From contig NW_024704743.1 in the NCBI RefSeq assembly GCF_018977255.1, forward strand, positions 82,896,001-82,960,000: DNA of 64,000 nucleotides. Direction: 5' to 3'. The position numbers and the translations under genes are program-made. The notes beneath the pieces were generated by a model. It saw nothing but the letters and a program-made list of their open reading frames with translations, was not told the DNA's origin and made no database searches. This stretch comes from Callorhinchus milii. Its lineage: Eukaryota. This document shows positions 10,457 to 23,103 of this stretch, one piece after another (positions within the stretch are counted from its first letter, which is position 1; each line of letters begins with the position of its first letter).

Positions 10457-13400
10457 ACGGGTCCTGAAATGGATTAAATTTAAGTTGCCTTTTGTACAAT
10501 TTCAGATCTCAAAACTCAAGATTATGTTCGCCTCGTAGCACACAATCTGTGTTAGCTATATCATTTCTATTGCTTACAGTTTGTGGGGTTCCTGAGGCTA
10601 GTGACATTGTGCGACTGAATTGACAAAGGGGACAATCATGATGTAAGCAACATGTGACAGGAAGTTATTTTTTCCTTTAAAAGTATGATACGAATCCCAA
10701 GGGAAACGAATACATCAGCTGACAGAAGAATGTTTACTGCAAACTAATCCACTCTCTTTTACAGGGTTAAAATACATCAGTGCCTGTTGTAAATAATTAG
10801 CATTTGAACATTAATTTCTAACTTAACAGATGGTGAGGATAGTCTGTGCATTACGATTTAGTACAGCTGTTCACTGATCAGATACAGCCTTCACACGTGC
10901 TAATTCTGCTCCATATACAAGATTAAAATGTACTGAATTTGTATATCTAATTAGCAACAGTCGTTGCTCAAATGATTCATATTGTGTATCCTTTCACTGT
11001 AAAAGACTAGACATTTTCAGTTTAAATAGGGGATCAATCTATTGGAACCCCTGTTGCCCAGATAAGGGTGAGGCATGTGCCCATTGAAACGTCTGAAATA
11101 AAAAAAAGCATTTTTAGTAGAATAGTACCTTCCAATCAAAAGCAAACAAAATGTAATCCTTTCCCACACACCTATTCTCAGTATGATCTGCGAACATGTT
11201 AACAGGCTAGCAACAGGCCAACTGTCTTACTCCACTAGAGAGGTGCTGCAAAATAACTCGCTCAGAAATCTTAGTGAATGCATCCTGTCTTTCTGCAGAG
11301 GCAAGTTCTTTTTGGCAATAAAGAATTGATTCTGTAAGTCTTAACCGGTAACCTGTAAGGTAATTGAATAATATCTAGATCCTAAAATCTGTGCTATAAG
11401 TTGTGAGTAAAAGGCATGGCACATTGTGCCTCTGCTTTCATAGCTCCCCCCTCCCCCCTTGTTATATTGGGAGATGATGGTTTTATGTACTTCAATGATG
11501 TGATGCTGGTAAACAATAGCCATGTTACCTCATACTTTGTCAAGGGGAACTGAATAAAAAGAAGAAAATGTATTGTCGCTCATCAAGTTGAATGATGCTG
11601 TTGCTGTCAATTTATCCAAACCTTTATTCAAGTATATCCATTGCAGATGAATCTTCTATAGGTGAACGTAAATATAGGTCCACAGAAAGCTTCTTATAAT
11701 CTGTTTGCAGGAAGCCTGCCTCATGATTGATTGCCCAGATGTATGTTGTCTTTGTTAATCTGCTGGATTTCATGCTTTACCTTTCACAGCTATTCGTATG
11801 ATAATTCTTGTATTTAACAGTAAGTAGTAAGATAATGTCAGGCTGCATTACATTTTTCATATAAGTTTCCATGTCTCTTGCTGCTCTGAACGTAAGGTTG
11901 GGAGGGGAATCTCTGTACTGCAAAGTGTAATGAAGGCATAACATTACCTGAAAATTACACCAGAAACGCAAGGACAACAGAATATGACTGAGGCGTGGCT
12001 AAGCACTAGTGGAATGATTGGACCCATTGACCAAGATTAATGAAACTCAGATGGGTTTTAATTAGTGCAGCTGTGGTCATAAATTATCTGCCGAATACAA
12101 ATATTGTTATATTTGGGAAATTCTTGATTTATTTTTTTCTGTTGGCCGGTAGATTTAGATGAATGAGTTCTAATCATAAACATTCTGAAAGAATGCCTCG
12201 GGCAGCGATTTATTATTTAGTAAATGTAAGACACTATCAGCAAACGTGAACGCTACCAAACACAACACAGTAAACTAGTTCTCAGCATTAATTTAAAAAT
12301 GTTGCTGAAATGTGTGGGCTTGTATGAGTCGTCAAAAACATTAGAGTGTCTAGTACAAAATACAAAGCAGTCTGTCAGGCGGAGAATGTACAAGAATTAT
12401 TGTCCAGCAGATGATTCATAACAGAATGCCACAGTGTGTGCACTTCCAGCATATATCAACTACATTTATTCTGACATATAATGTGGTCTTTTCATATTAT
12501 ACTTTAAGTGCATTTCTCAGTAAACAGAATGGTGAACAAGTCGCTGTGTAAAAGCTTTAAGACTTGATGGGCTTGTGTTGTGATTATGAAAGATTCATGA
12601 TAAGCTTTGAGGAGGCGGGTAGATGTCCTGAGAATTCAATACCCTGGATCAGCTAAAAATGTCATAGCTTTCCAATAAAACAAATAAGAAAATGATTGAA
12701 TTTTTCTCCCCCAAAATATTGTTAGGTTCTTTGCTGCTGGGCCCTAAGCTNAAAAAAAACAATGCTTAAGGGACTGAAAACAAAGGATAACAAGAAATAT
12801 ATTAAGTGGCAGCATAACAACTGCTTACGAGAAGAGTGATGAAAAAAATGGGATGTTCATGTTTACAGATAACTTGTCTTTTGTGGTTTGAGTTTTGTAG
12901 CAAATTTGAAACATTTTTGTGTCATTTGACATAATCGCAGATGGCATTGTGAAGTTAGTAATTAGTCAATTCAATTCTAAGCAAAGGTAATAATATCCTA
13001 TGGATGCTTTGATGTGGACTTAGGATGGTGCTTGTTATATAAGAAAAATCCAAATCTCCAGTAAGAAGGATCCTGTATCGAGTTAACCAACATAAATATA
13101 TTTGAAGGAAAAAGTATTACAGTTGAAACTGGAATTTAAAGCCAGTGTACCATTAAGACGAATAAAAAATAATTTTATGGTGGCCTAATATTTCTGTTGG
13201 TCGAATGGTGGAATCCTATCCAGAAGCTTGCACGCTACTTTATTGACTAAGTTTGTACTGTTTTAGGTCAGGATACGGATAAGGGATTATGTTAGTGTGC
13301 TATTTCATCAGTGAAAGGGAAAATATAGCACAATCTTCCCACTAGAATTAAGTTCTTGTTATCTAATCACAGAATCGTATTGACTTTAAAGCTCTCAGTT

Positions 13401-13589
13401 CTGTCTCTTCCATGTTTTATTGTTTCCACTTGATCTCTCTAAGGAGACTTGGCATGGAGAAAGCTAAGCCAGTTACTTTATTACCAGGTTACTGAGACCT
13501 GTACACGTCCACAAACCTGCACAGCCAATACCCTTTCTAGCAAGCTCTGCTGCATGAGCATGCTTACTAAACTTCTGTGGCTTCTAAAT

Positions 13590-14172
13590 CCCTAATTGAC
13601 TTATGTTTTAGATTCTCATTTTGACCTTTAAATCGCTTCACAATTTTGTTCCACCCTACCTCCACAGTTTCATCCTCCCACGTCCAATTTCTCCCTGCAC
13701 TCCTCTGACTCTGGTCTATTGTTTGTCCTTCGGATCTGGAATGCATTGCCTGATAGTGTGGTGGAAGCCGATTCGATCACAACCTTTAAGAGAGAAGTAG
13801 ATAATTATTCGTGGAGGATAAGGTTGCAGGGCTATGGGGAGAGCGGGGGGGGGGGGGGAGTGGGATTGATTTGGATAGCTATTTTCAAATGGGCCAAAAG
13901 GCCTCCTTCTGTGCTGTGTAATTCTATGATTCTATGATTCCTTTGCCTTTCATCTCGCCATTGGTGATGAAGCCTTTTTTACACTATGCAGATACTCTCT
14001 AGAACTCTCACCCCAGATCCCTTCTCTCCCTACTTCAAAGGCCTCTTAGAGATCTATCTATTTTACTGTCCTTTTGGTCAACATTCTTAAACTTCTCTTC
14101 CTTCTATACCTGTTTGGTGATCCCATTGTCTTTGTAAGGTATGTCAAGATGTCTTTCCTGCATAAACGGCGC
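13590..14172 (+). mobile_element. Old L2 3' fragment split by a nested CR1
   Basis: TTTAGATTCTCATTTTGACCTTTAAATCGCTTCAC (F.ILILTFKSLH) precedes 13730, and the L2 sequence resumes after 13939. Confidence 0.65.
13731..13938 (+). mobile_element. CR1 LINE 3' end, 5'-truncated, nested in L2
   Basis: RIWNALPDSVVEADSITTFKREVD; 3' UTR GGGCCAAAAGGCCTCCTTCTGTGCTG; (ATTCTATG)x2 tail; TCCTT on both sides. Confidence 0.9.
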
Positions 14173-14310
14173 ACCTGACCCTTGAGCGAGCGCAGGTGGC
14201 TGGTGTACCAGGGTGAGGTTCATGAGTAGGATGTTGTTTGGGAGGTGAGGGGGGCAAGGGCATTGAGATTGGTGGAGAAGGAGTTGTGGAGGAGAGTGAC
14301 CCAGGAGGAT
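14172..14310 (-). mobile_element. L2 ORF2 internal fragment (endonuclease-RT tether region)
   Basis: Reverse strand reads approximately NLNALAP...SPWYTSHLRSLKGQVRRL, similar to the L2 'LDALAP...APW.T..LR.LK...RRL' segment. Confidence 0.55.
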
Positions 14311-15636
14311 TAGATTGGAAAATTGCAAATGTCACCCCTTTATTTAAGAAGGGAGAGAGGGAGAAACCAGGAAACTACAGATCTGTCAATGTCAGTTGGA
14401 GGGAAAATACTGGAATCCATCATCAGGGACAGAGTGACTGAACACTTGGACAGGTATGAGCTCGTCAAAGAGAGTCAGGATGGGTGTGTGAAGAGTAGGT
14501 TGTGTATGACTAAGTTAGTTGAATTTTTTGAGGAGGTCATTAAAATTGTAGATAAGAGAATGTCTATGGATGTCCTTTATATGGACTTTCAGAAGGCATT
14601 TGATAAGGTTTCGCACCAAAGATTATTAGCGAAAATGAAAGTGCATGGAGTTGGAGGTAATCTTGTGACGTGGCTTGGTAATTGGTTGGGAGGCAGGAAA
14701 CAGAGAGTAGGGATAAAGGGAACGTTCTCTGATTGGCGGGACATGACAAGTGGTGTCCCTCAGGGGTCTGTACTGGGACCTCAGCTACTCGCCATATATA
14801 TAAATGACTTGGATGAAGGAATAGAAAGTTTATATCCAAGTTTGCAGACACTAAGCTAGGGGGTTCAGTAAGTTGGGTAGACGGGAGTAGGAAGTTACAA
14901 AGGGACTTAGATAGATTAACTGAGTGGGCAAAGCTGTGGCAGATGGAGTTCAATGTAGGGAAGTACAAGGTCATCCACTATGGATTGAAAAAAGATTAAA
15001 TAGAATATTTTCTTAATGGGAGAAATTAAGAACTGTGGAGGAGCACAGGGATTTGGGTGTCCATATCCACAAATCTCTAAAAACTAGTTCCCCGGTACAA
15101 AATGTAATCAAAAAGGCGAATGGAATGTTGGCCTTTATCTCGAAGGACCTGGAATACAAAGAGGAAGAAATGATGCTTCAGCTGTGTAGAGCGTTAGTCA
15201 GACTCCATTTGGAGTACCGCCTGCAGTTTTGGGACCAGACCTCAGGAAAGATATATTGGCCCTGGAGGGGGTGCAGCGCAGATTCATCAGAATGTTACCA
15301 GGCCTTAAAGGGTTAAGTTCGAGGAAAGACTGCATAAAATTGGATTGTATTCCCTTGAGTTTAGAAGGTTGAGGGGTGATTTGATTTAGCAATTTAAGAT
15401 GATAAAGGGATTTGATAGGGTAGACACAGAGAAGCTCTTTCCTCTTGTGGGGGAATCCAAAACGAGGGGACATAGTCTTAAAATTAGAACCGGGCCATTT
15501 AAGAGTGCAATCAGAATTTTTTCTCTAATTAGTGAACAAAGGATTAGTTGAGATGAAATGAGTCATGGATTGAATGGCGGAACAAGCTTGAAGGGCTGAA
15601 TGGCCTACTCCTGTTCCTTTGCTCCTAATACTCTTA
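14311..15636 (+). mobile_element. CR1 LINE, 5'-truncated, frameshifted RT domain plus 3' UTR
   Basis: [75 protein letters not shown]; 3' UTR GAAGGGCTGAATGGCCTACTCCTG. Several frameshifts and a deletion near 15520. Confidence 0.95.
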
Positions 15637-15644
15637 ACGCACAC

Positions 15645-15978
15645 TTTGGGGTTCCAAGCCTCGGCTCTTGCCAGCCTGTACCTAATACTCTCCAGAATTA
15701 GGTAAGCAAGTTGTGTCCCTCTGGGGAGAGAGTGTGTATTCCAATCCCAACACTGAAATTTCCATGTATAGGTGGGATGCATGGAACTCTGTTTGGTTTG
15801 GATACTCTTCAGCATAGAGATGGGTTTCCAAATGTGTTGGACATCCAGCTGACCAAACAAAAGTGATATTGGAAGCTCTCGATTGTGTTCTTCCCTTGTT
15901 TACAATCCCGGATGTATTATTGTCTCTTACTGTAGACTTTTGTTTAGTGTTAACTCTCACAAATTCCTGAATTCACAT
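15645..15978 (+). mobile_element. Ancient SINE-like element, possibly AmnSINE2-related
   Basis: B-box-like GGTTCCAAGCC; about 210 nt homologous in inverted orientation to 38444-38658; ends CTCTCACAAATTCCTGAATTCACA. Confidence 0.5.
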
Positions 15979-16177
15979 CAGTGCAAATATAAAAGGACAG
16001 TGTACACTATGAAGACATGACTGGCACATGGTGCACTTGTGTGCATTTTTTCAGTCTAATCCTTCAAGCAAATTCAAATCATAAAGCACTTCACACACAA
16101 ATGCCTTAGAAATGAATGAATATTAACTACAACAATTACTAAAAGCCCAATAGGTATAGATAAGTACTTAAACTGAA

Positions 16178-16318
16178 ATTGGCGCAGTTGGTAGCACTCT
16201 TACTTCTGTGACAGAAAGTAGCGAGTTCAAACCCTACATCGGACTTGAGCTCTCAATTCAGGGCAGTTTGGGGGAAGCACTGCATTGTCTCAAGTACTGT
16301 GTTTCAGATGAGATATTT
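16178..16318 (+). mobile_element. SacSINE1-like SINE head
   Basis: TGGCGCAGTTGGTAGCACTCT...GAGTTCAAACCC; matches the copies at 22123 and 46673. Confidence 0.65.
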
Positions 16319-17894
16319 GCCTCTTTAGACTAGCTTGGCTAAAGCTGCAAGACTTTGCATATTGGAAATTATAGTTGCATCTTAATATTCTATCGCTGCT
16401 GTTATGGAGTGTCAGTACCCTTCATAGATATATTCTCATTAACTATTGTGGACTTTAATTTCAAAATTTATGATATCAAATATGAAAATCTGTCTTGTCT
16501 GATATCTTTGTCAAAGGGTGTTTGTTTGATTCATCACCTTTTTCCTAATTTTCTTGCTTTTTCGTCCTTCCCTGAAAGCAGTGACCTGTGCTGATACAGT
16601 TTTGGCAGTACTCCAATACCTCGCTCATACAGCTACTCTGCATGTTATAAGTCCAGAACTTGAATCTGGGATCTTGCAATAAACCTATTGCATTATCCCA
16701 ATGGGCCATTGAGGGCTTCCTAACCTCAATCATACATTTTTTAAGGTAATCTCTCTGTTGCAGTTTTTTTGAAGTTTGGAACTACCCAGATCCCTTTTAT
16801 TGTTATATTGTTGCTCTGTCTTGATGCTCAATGTTGAAGTGAAGCAGTCCAAACACAAGGACAGCTCGAACTGTACAGTTAAACTTTAGAAAGATTGTGT
16901 CACCACACACAGAAAAGTACTGATCAAAGTAGATCCAGCTGAGCTACACAGAACATTGCCAACAATCCATACCCTGTTTTGTAAAAAGCACATTGCTCTT
17001 CCTGCGCTACATTTCTGGATTGTTTTTGCATACTGAGAGCTTGGGACATCCTCCTGCCTTGAAAGGTGCTATATCAAATGTAGAGATTATTATTATTTCA
17101 TTTCACTTCAATGTCGACGATGCATTTAATTTTGTACAGAAGCCATAATTTTAAGTGTTGGGTAAATGTTAATTGGATTAGTAGGCAACATTTCTGTGAA
17201 TAATGTGCATATGAAAAATGAGCATTTCTTCTTTTATGAGAAACCAGTGTCCACAGAAATAAGTCTATTCTTCCTTCCTCTTTCACCCTTATGCCCCCTT
17301 CTCAGCTTCCTACCAGCAGCCATACTCCTTCAGAAAGAAGGCTATGCTGCAGTCCTCTGTAGCTTCAGAATCATCTGGAAGGTGCAACTCTTCAGGATGC
17401 GATTGATTTTTCCTGCTCTTCTTGCACCTGGGATTGAATTCTATGCTGTTATGTGGGCCTCCATCTAACGTAGCCCAACCAAGCACTGCCAGAGCTTACC
17501 TAATGAGTACGAATGAGAGTTGAGGCTGGGAATAAAACCCTGCTGCTGAAGCTGCCCTAATATTCTGTTTGTGTTTTTGTTTTTCACATTGGACATCTCA
17601 CAGTATGATTCGAGTATTCTGTTCGTCCACAAATTAAGACTTCTCTCTGCACTTCGGTTTGCAGATAGATAATCTAAAACCAAACCAATTTAATGATTGA
17701 TAAAATCCTGCAAAATAGGACAACTAATAGAAGGAACATATATGTGTGTAGTATATGTTAAAACTCTATAACCTGTCTCATTCCTTATTAAACAATTTCT
17801 AAAGAAATTGGGGAAAAAAATTAAATTGTAAAAAAACAAATTTTCTTTATATCATGGTTTTTTTATTTTAAGTATTGCTGCTGAGTCCCAAGAG

Positions 17895-18000
17895 GATGTT
17901 TAGTGAGTAGCTGAGCCATGTTATTTTCAGTGTTTATTTTCTAGACTCTGGTGAGTTAGCTGATCTAAGCCAAAGTGGCAGGAGGCGCTACATCTTGCCT
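17895..18000 (+). mobile_element. Ancient SINE fragment, MamSINE1-like
   Basis: GCTGAGCCAT...GTGAGTTAGCTGATCTAAGCC...GGCGCTACA; 17-nt exact inverted match to 6048-6064. Confidence 0.5.
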
Positions 18001-19149
18001 TATTGAAACAGGTCTGTCAAGGGTTACATATGAATGGCTAGTTGGGAGAGATACCATAGAACAGCCAACACCCAGGGAATCATAACCTCCCAGATGGAAA
18101 ATAAAGTTACCTGCTTTCAGGAGAGCAGAGAAAGAGACAAAATTGATGGAGGTGTTTAACACTGCAACTCAAGGACTCCAGTCTCGTAAATTAAATTATA
18201 GAAGTAGTGCTAACATTTAACCTGTCAGCTTGGCTCAGTTGGTAGCACATCATCTGTGGGTCAGAAGCCCGAAAATGTTTTGACATTGATAGCAATTCCC
18301 TGCAAAGCACTTTGAGATACTTCAACTTTATAGGTGCTAGATCAGATGCACAAATTATTCATTATCAAAACAGAGGATTTCTGAATTTGTCTCTTTACAC
18401 CTTAGGAGCCAAAAATGTGACAATAAACAAGAAGAAACTGGGAGGTTTGCTCAGTATAATCTAATTTTTCACTGAATAACATTTTGAGTATTTTTCTAAC
18501 AGCATCACGAAAAGTAATTTACTTGCTACTTTTCTGCCACTGCCATCGCAATATGATGAGGATTTTGATCACATTGTCCATTTCAAGAGCAAGTGCAACA
18601 CTTGCATCTGACTGCTGTGGGTAGAGTGTAACAATGAAGAGTGACTTCATGAAAATGTCATTTTAAAAGAGGAGGTGGGACATAGTAGAAAATGTGATAT
18701 TAAATGATATAACAAAGAAAATAAAAGAAAGAACTAATGGCCAAAACTGGATAAGTGCAGGGTGGCAGTAAGAAATGACAATGAGAGGAATCAACTGTAA
18801 TAACAGATTTTATACATGACGTGTGTGATTTAGCTTTTCGATATAATAGTCATCCATAAAGCAGTCTCTGAAATCTTGTACATATAATTTCTTTCTTTAA
18901 AACAATGCCTCGAGGGAAAGTCCTACATTTAAGCTTCCTTGAATATTTGACTTTAGAATACAACCCTATATATATTTTAAAATGTTACTATTGATTTTAT
19001 TAAAAGTTTTTAGAACTTTCAGCCACTACGCCTCAAAACTCTGGGCCATAGTGACTGAAAAGATCAATTTAATAAATATTTTGGAACTCTTGAAAAGTTT
19101 ATGGGATGAGTAGATGATGTGATGTTACATTGCACGATCTAGATCTGGA

Positions 19150-19368
19150 ATGTGTTGGATTCAGTCCCTGTTCTGTTGACCTTAGAGGAGAGCAGTAGTT
19201 ATTTGGGAAGGTGATTGCTACAATGGCTCCAATGTTCTTGTCCTAAGGAAGAAAAAAAAATTCCTAATTGCTGTCCCCACCTGAAAGTACACACATGCTG
19301 ATATTCACGTTGACAGAATCCAGTGTGATGGGCTTTGTGACTGAGAAGCCTGACAACACTCGCTATCT
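19150..19368 (+). mobile_element. Ancient SINE, MamSINE1-like
   Basis: GGATTCAGTCCCTG...GCTACAATGGC...GAAAGT...TGTGATG...AGCCTGACAACACTCGCTATCTA, collinear with the other copies. Confidence 0.45.
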
Positions 19369-19665
19369 ACAACTTGCATTTATATAGCACTTTTCACTTA
19401 GGGTAATGTCCCAGAGCACTTTACAAAGATGGGTTGGATGCCGAGCAAGGCAAAGGAAGACGAGGGGGGAAGTTGCCAAAAGTGTGTTTGAAGAAGTAGT
19501 TTTTTAAGCAGGACAGAAAGAGAGGTCGGGGTGGGGGGTAGCAGATTGGAGGGATAGAGGGAGGGAGTTTCAGAGGTGAGGGTCGTCGAATCTGAAGCCT
19601 CAGCCACATAATGGTGGAAAGGGTGGGGGTTGCATACTCAGCCTAAGTTAGCTGAGCAAAGGCTC
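19369..19665 (-). mobile_element. L2 LINE 3' end
   Basis: CAACTTGCATTTATATAGCACTTTTCAC reverse L2 terminus. Confidence 0.75.
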
Positions 19666-20239
19666 GCTTTTGAACTGAACAACTTGCGGGAAGGTCATCA
19701 GTGCCTTTAGAGCTTTACCCCAGAATGAATCACCACCTTCAGAAAAAGAAAAGAAATTCTAAGAAGAACTATCTATACTTGTGTTTATGGATTGCTCCGA
19801 TTAGTTTTTAATCGGTTTAGAAGAATGAACAAATTTGTGCTGTACCGATTGTTTATCATCTGTAAAAAATAATTTATGCAAAAATCATGTTTTATTCCAA
19901 AGTAAGAGAGAGCAGAGCTGATACGTATAAAATAACTCTGTGTAGAATAAATACCTTGCGCCCATATTTTTGACCTCAAATTAGTCAGGGATCATTTCAC
20001 CAGTAATGTTGTGTATGAGATATTAATCTACAGTCAAACTTGAGATATGGGAGCTATCTGTTAAACCAAGTGTAATTATAAGACAGTAGCTAATTTAATA
20101 GTTTTCGTTTTCTGTTGCTATCAGTCTAGAGTAAACTTTCCACATCAGGATGGAAATGCATTACATCGCAGAAAGAGCATATGAGCACACTCAGAGATTG
20201 TCTTCCAGCATCCAGGGTAGCACCTTGTACTTACAAAGT

Positions 20240-20370
20240 TAAAGTGCCAAGTTTAGTCTCTGTTTTGCTGACCTTGACCAAAGCAGTGGCTATTTGGAAA
20301 TTTGGTCGGACAGTGGCCTCAGTGCTCCTGTACTGGGGAAGGGGAAATCAGTATCATATTCACCCTCACT
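20240..20370 (+). mobile_element. Ancient SINE fragment, MamSINE1-like
   Basis: ACAGTGGCCTCAGTGCTCCTGTACTGGGGAAGGGGAAATCAG corresponds to the family core. Confidence 0.45.
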
Positions 20371-22122
20371 TTTATTTGCTTGATGTTGTAAAGTCAAATA
20401 TTTTTTGCCATTAGTTTGCTGACACCGTGTGGAAGAATTATCAGTCTTGAAAGTACTCATTCTAAACAAAGAGTGCACAACTCCATTGTTTCGGTGTAAT
20501 TGTTTCCAGATGTTAAACACAGTTTTGTTTTGAATGATACCCTTTTGGTTGGAGGTATTGTGTACTCAATAAAGATACTTTGAAGGGAGGAGTAAGACAG
20601 GGGACGTAAGGGAGAATTTAGGTCGATTTTTTCTCTTTTTGTTCTAGTTCAGCTGTGCTGTGCTACACTTTCCTCATCTAAGATGGTAGATACAAACTTC
20701 TGCCAGGACCCTTCTGTAACTGGTTGCAACCAAGTATGTGATGGGGGCCCGGTTGTACACATGGCTTCTAACTCTGCGTGTTTGGTTGATATTTTTCCCC
20801 TTTGTCTCTCTCTGGGGAAGTGCCTGTCCTCCTTGGGGAATCACAGATATCACTTTTTCTGCCAGCTTCTTAATTTGATGGATGCGATCGAATCTCACTC
20901 AAGAAGGTTGACTCCAATTTTGATTATTTTACAGTAATATTTGGCGAACAGATGTATCGGGTGTCTTTTACTTCCAGTCTGCACAACACGTTGAGTGTAA
21001 ACTGGCACCTGTGTGTAACTGTTGTGAAATAAATAAAAGGTTGAGAGTTATACAGCATTTAGATTAATCTTGTAAGAAAGAGAAATCAGCTGATTTTTGT
21101 TTTTAAACGGCATTAACATATCAAGCTGTGGCCTTTACTCGAATAAGCCATTAACATAGCAGCCTTCATGTAATTAATGTAAATAATATGATCTACCACA
21201 CAAGTAACCCGGTCAGCCTTAGCAAAAAAAATGTCATTATACATCATCTAAAGAGCTTATTCTCCTCTCAATTTAAATTAAATGGCATGGGCTGGCTGGC
21301 TTTACTGGAATGTATTTAAGATTGTGGATATGTACATTAAAAAAAGACTCAATTTTAAACAGTTGAAACAGAAACTGCATTGTTCACCAAAGCTCTGTTC
21401 AGTTGCATCTTCGCTGGAAAAATGAATTGAAGCACAAAAATGTATCTGTCTTTTTTTATTCTGTTGCCTGGTCCCATGCTGCCGCTAGTGAATCAAATGT
21501 GGCTGTGTGTGTTTGCCATTTGCAACCAAATGCCCTCTGACTCGGGAACACAGTGGAGCACTTTAAATTTTTTATGAAGAATTTGAGTCTGTAAAACTGC
21601 AAACAGAAATAATGTTTTAAATGCAATCATTGTCAAATCGGAACAATGTAATTTATCAAGAGAGCGTTTCAGACTATATAATAAGTTTCATATATTAATA
21701 CAATTTTTCATCGTATGTCAAGGTCTGATTTATGAATAGCTTGTGATCTAAGGTAATCATTGAATTATAATTCAGTAATAAGAAACGAAGAACAAGAGGC
21801 TGGAACTGCTACCTTGCATTAGTTTACATGCCACAAAGCCAATTTGCTAAACTACCGTGGGCTAAATTATACAGTATTTTTTTCTAATTCAAAGGAAAGC
21901 ACTGGTTAATTGGATAAAAGCTAAAGCTCTCATATTTTTAAATGATTAGAAATTGGTGGGTTTCCTGTTGTACATCTTCTTTCTACACACTGACTTTTAT
22001 TTTGCCCTCTGTCTTTCGCTGAGGTTATTAAAAAGTTTCTTAACACAACTATTAGTTTAAAATGTAAATATGCTTTTTAGGCATTTTAACCTGCTTTTTG
22101 TGATTAGAAGATAGGTGGTGTT

Positions 22123-22520
22123 AGCCTGGCTCAGTTTGTAGCACTCTCACCTCTGTGTCAGAAGTTTGTGGATCCAGATCATATGCCAGGGCTTTGAAAT
22201 CACATTGTATAGGATGGAAATCCAATGCAGTGTTTGGAGGTTGCAGCTGCCATACTTTGACAGGTGAAAATGAGGCCTGTCTGTCTGTTTAGGTGGACAT
22301 TAAGAATCCCATGACACCTTTCCNAAAAAAAAGGAATTTCTCCACAAATAAAATTGATCCTCATTCCCTTGCTGTTTGTGGAACTTTGCTGTGCCCAAAT
22401 TGACTGCCACATTCATCCACAAAACACGTACAGTGACTGTACTTTATAGTATATCCTGTAAGGTGCTTTGAAAATTCTTCCCGATGTGAAAGGTACTATA
22501 TAAAATGCAAGGATTATTAT
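22123..22520 (+). mobile_element. Near full-length SacSINE1-like DeuSINE (older family)
   Basis: GGCTCAGTTTGTAGCACTCTCACCTCTG head; Deu-like GCTGTTTGTGGAACTTTGCTGTGCCCAAATTGACTGCC; L2-like tail. Confidence 0.8.
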
Positions 22521-22816
22521 GGTGCCATTCTGGCAGAACTCTTTGAAAACTCTTGCAGAATGTCTACAACTAATACATATTCATAGAAAGACGCCATTGG
22601 AGTAAAACAAATGATCCCTGTTCCTACCATTTTTGATTGTTGATTAATTGTTGATTGTTTTTGATTGTCAAATTCTATTCCTTTTAAAGGTGATGGGCGT
22701 ATTTCTGTGTTTTATAGTCCCCCGTCTCAATTGCTCAGCGAGGAGAAAAACTCTGTAACACTAACCTATGTGAAGCACGGTATAAAAATCCAAGTTGTCG
22801 TTGGTGGTTCTTTACA

Positions 22817-23103
22817 GACCTTAGCTTAGTGGTTAGAGCACTCATCTCACAAGCGAGAGGACCTGGGTTCGATCCTGAGCAGGTAGAAAGAAACGTTGGG
22901 CAAAAAAAATAAAAAATGTTTTTTTAAAAATTTGTTTATTCGGTCCATGACTGTTTGTGGGACACTGCTGTGCACAATTGGCTGCCACGTTTCGTCCACA
23001 AAATATACAGTCAATTCACTTTACAGTATATTCTGTGAAGCAGTTTGAGACGTCTCAAAAACCTGATAAGGCGCTATGTCAAATGCAAAGATTATTATTA
23101 TTA
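22817..23103 (+). mobile_element. DeuSINE-type SINE (younger family) with internal deletion
   Basis: A and B boxes (TAGCTTAGTGG, GGTTCGATCC); Deu-like domain and tail close to those of 8555-8930. Confidence 0.88.

Noticed and set aside
11055..11108. Possible hammerhead or Penelope end (GATAAGGG...GCCCATTGAAACGTC...AATAAA)
   Set aside because: No CTGANGA core, weak stems and no TSD.
11232..11250. CTCF-like site CCACTAGAGAGGTGC
   Set aside because: Spacing deviates from the core consensus; cannot be supported without a PWM score or ChIP data.
14238..15316. Reverse transcriptase ORFs as a functional gene or retron-like system
   Set aside because: Frameshifted, 5'-truncated CR1; the catalytic FADD motif is damaged (TTTGCAGACACTAAG).
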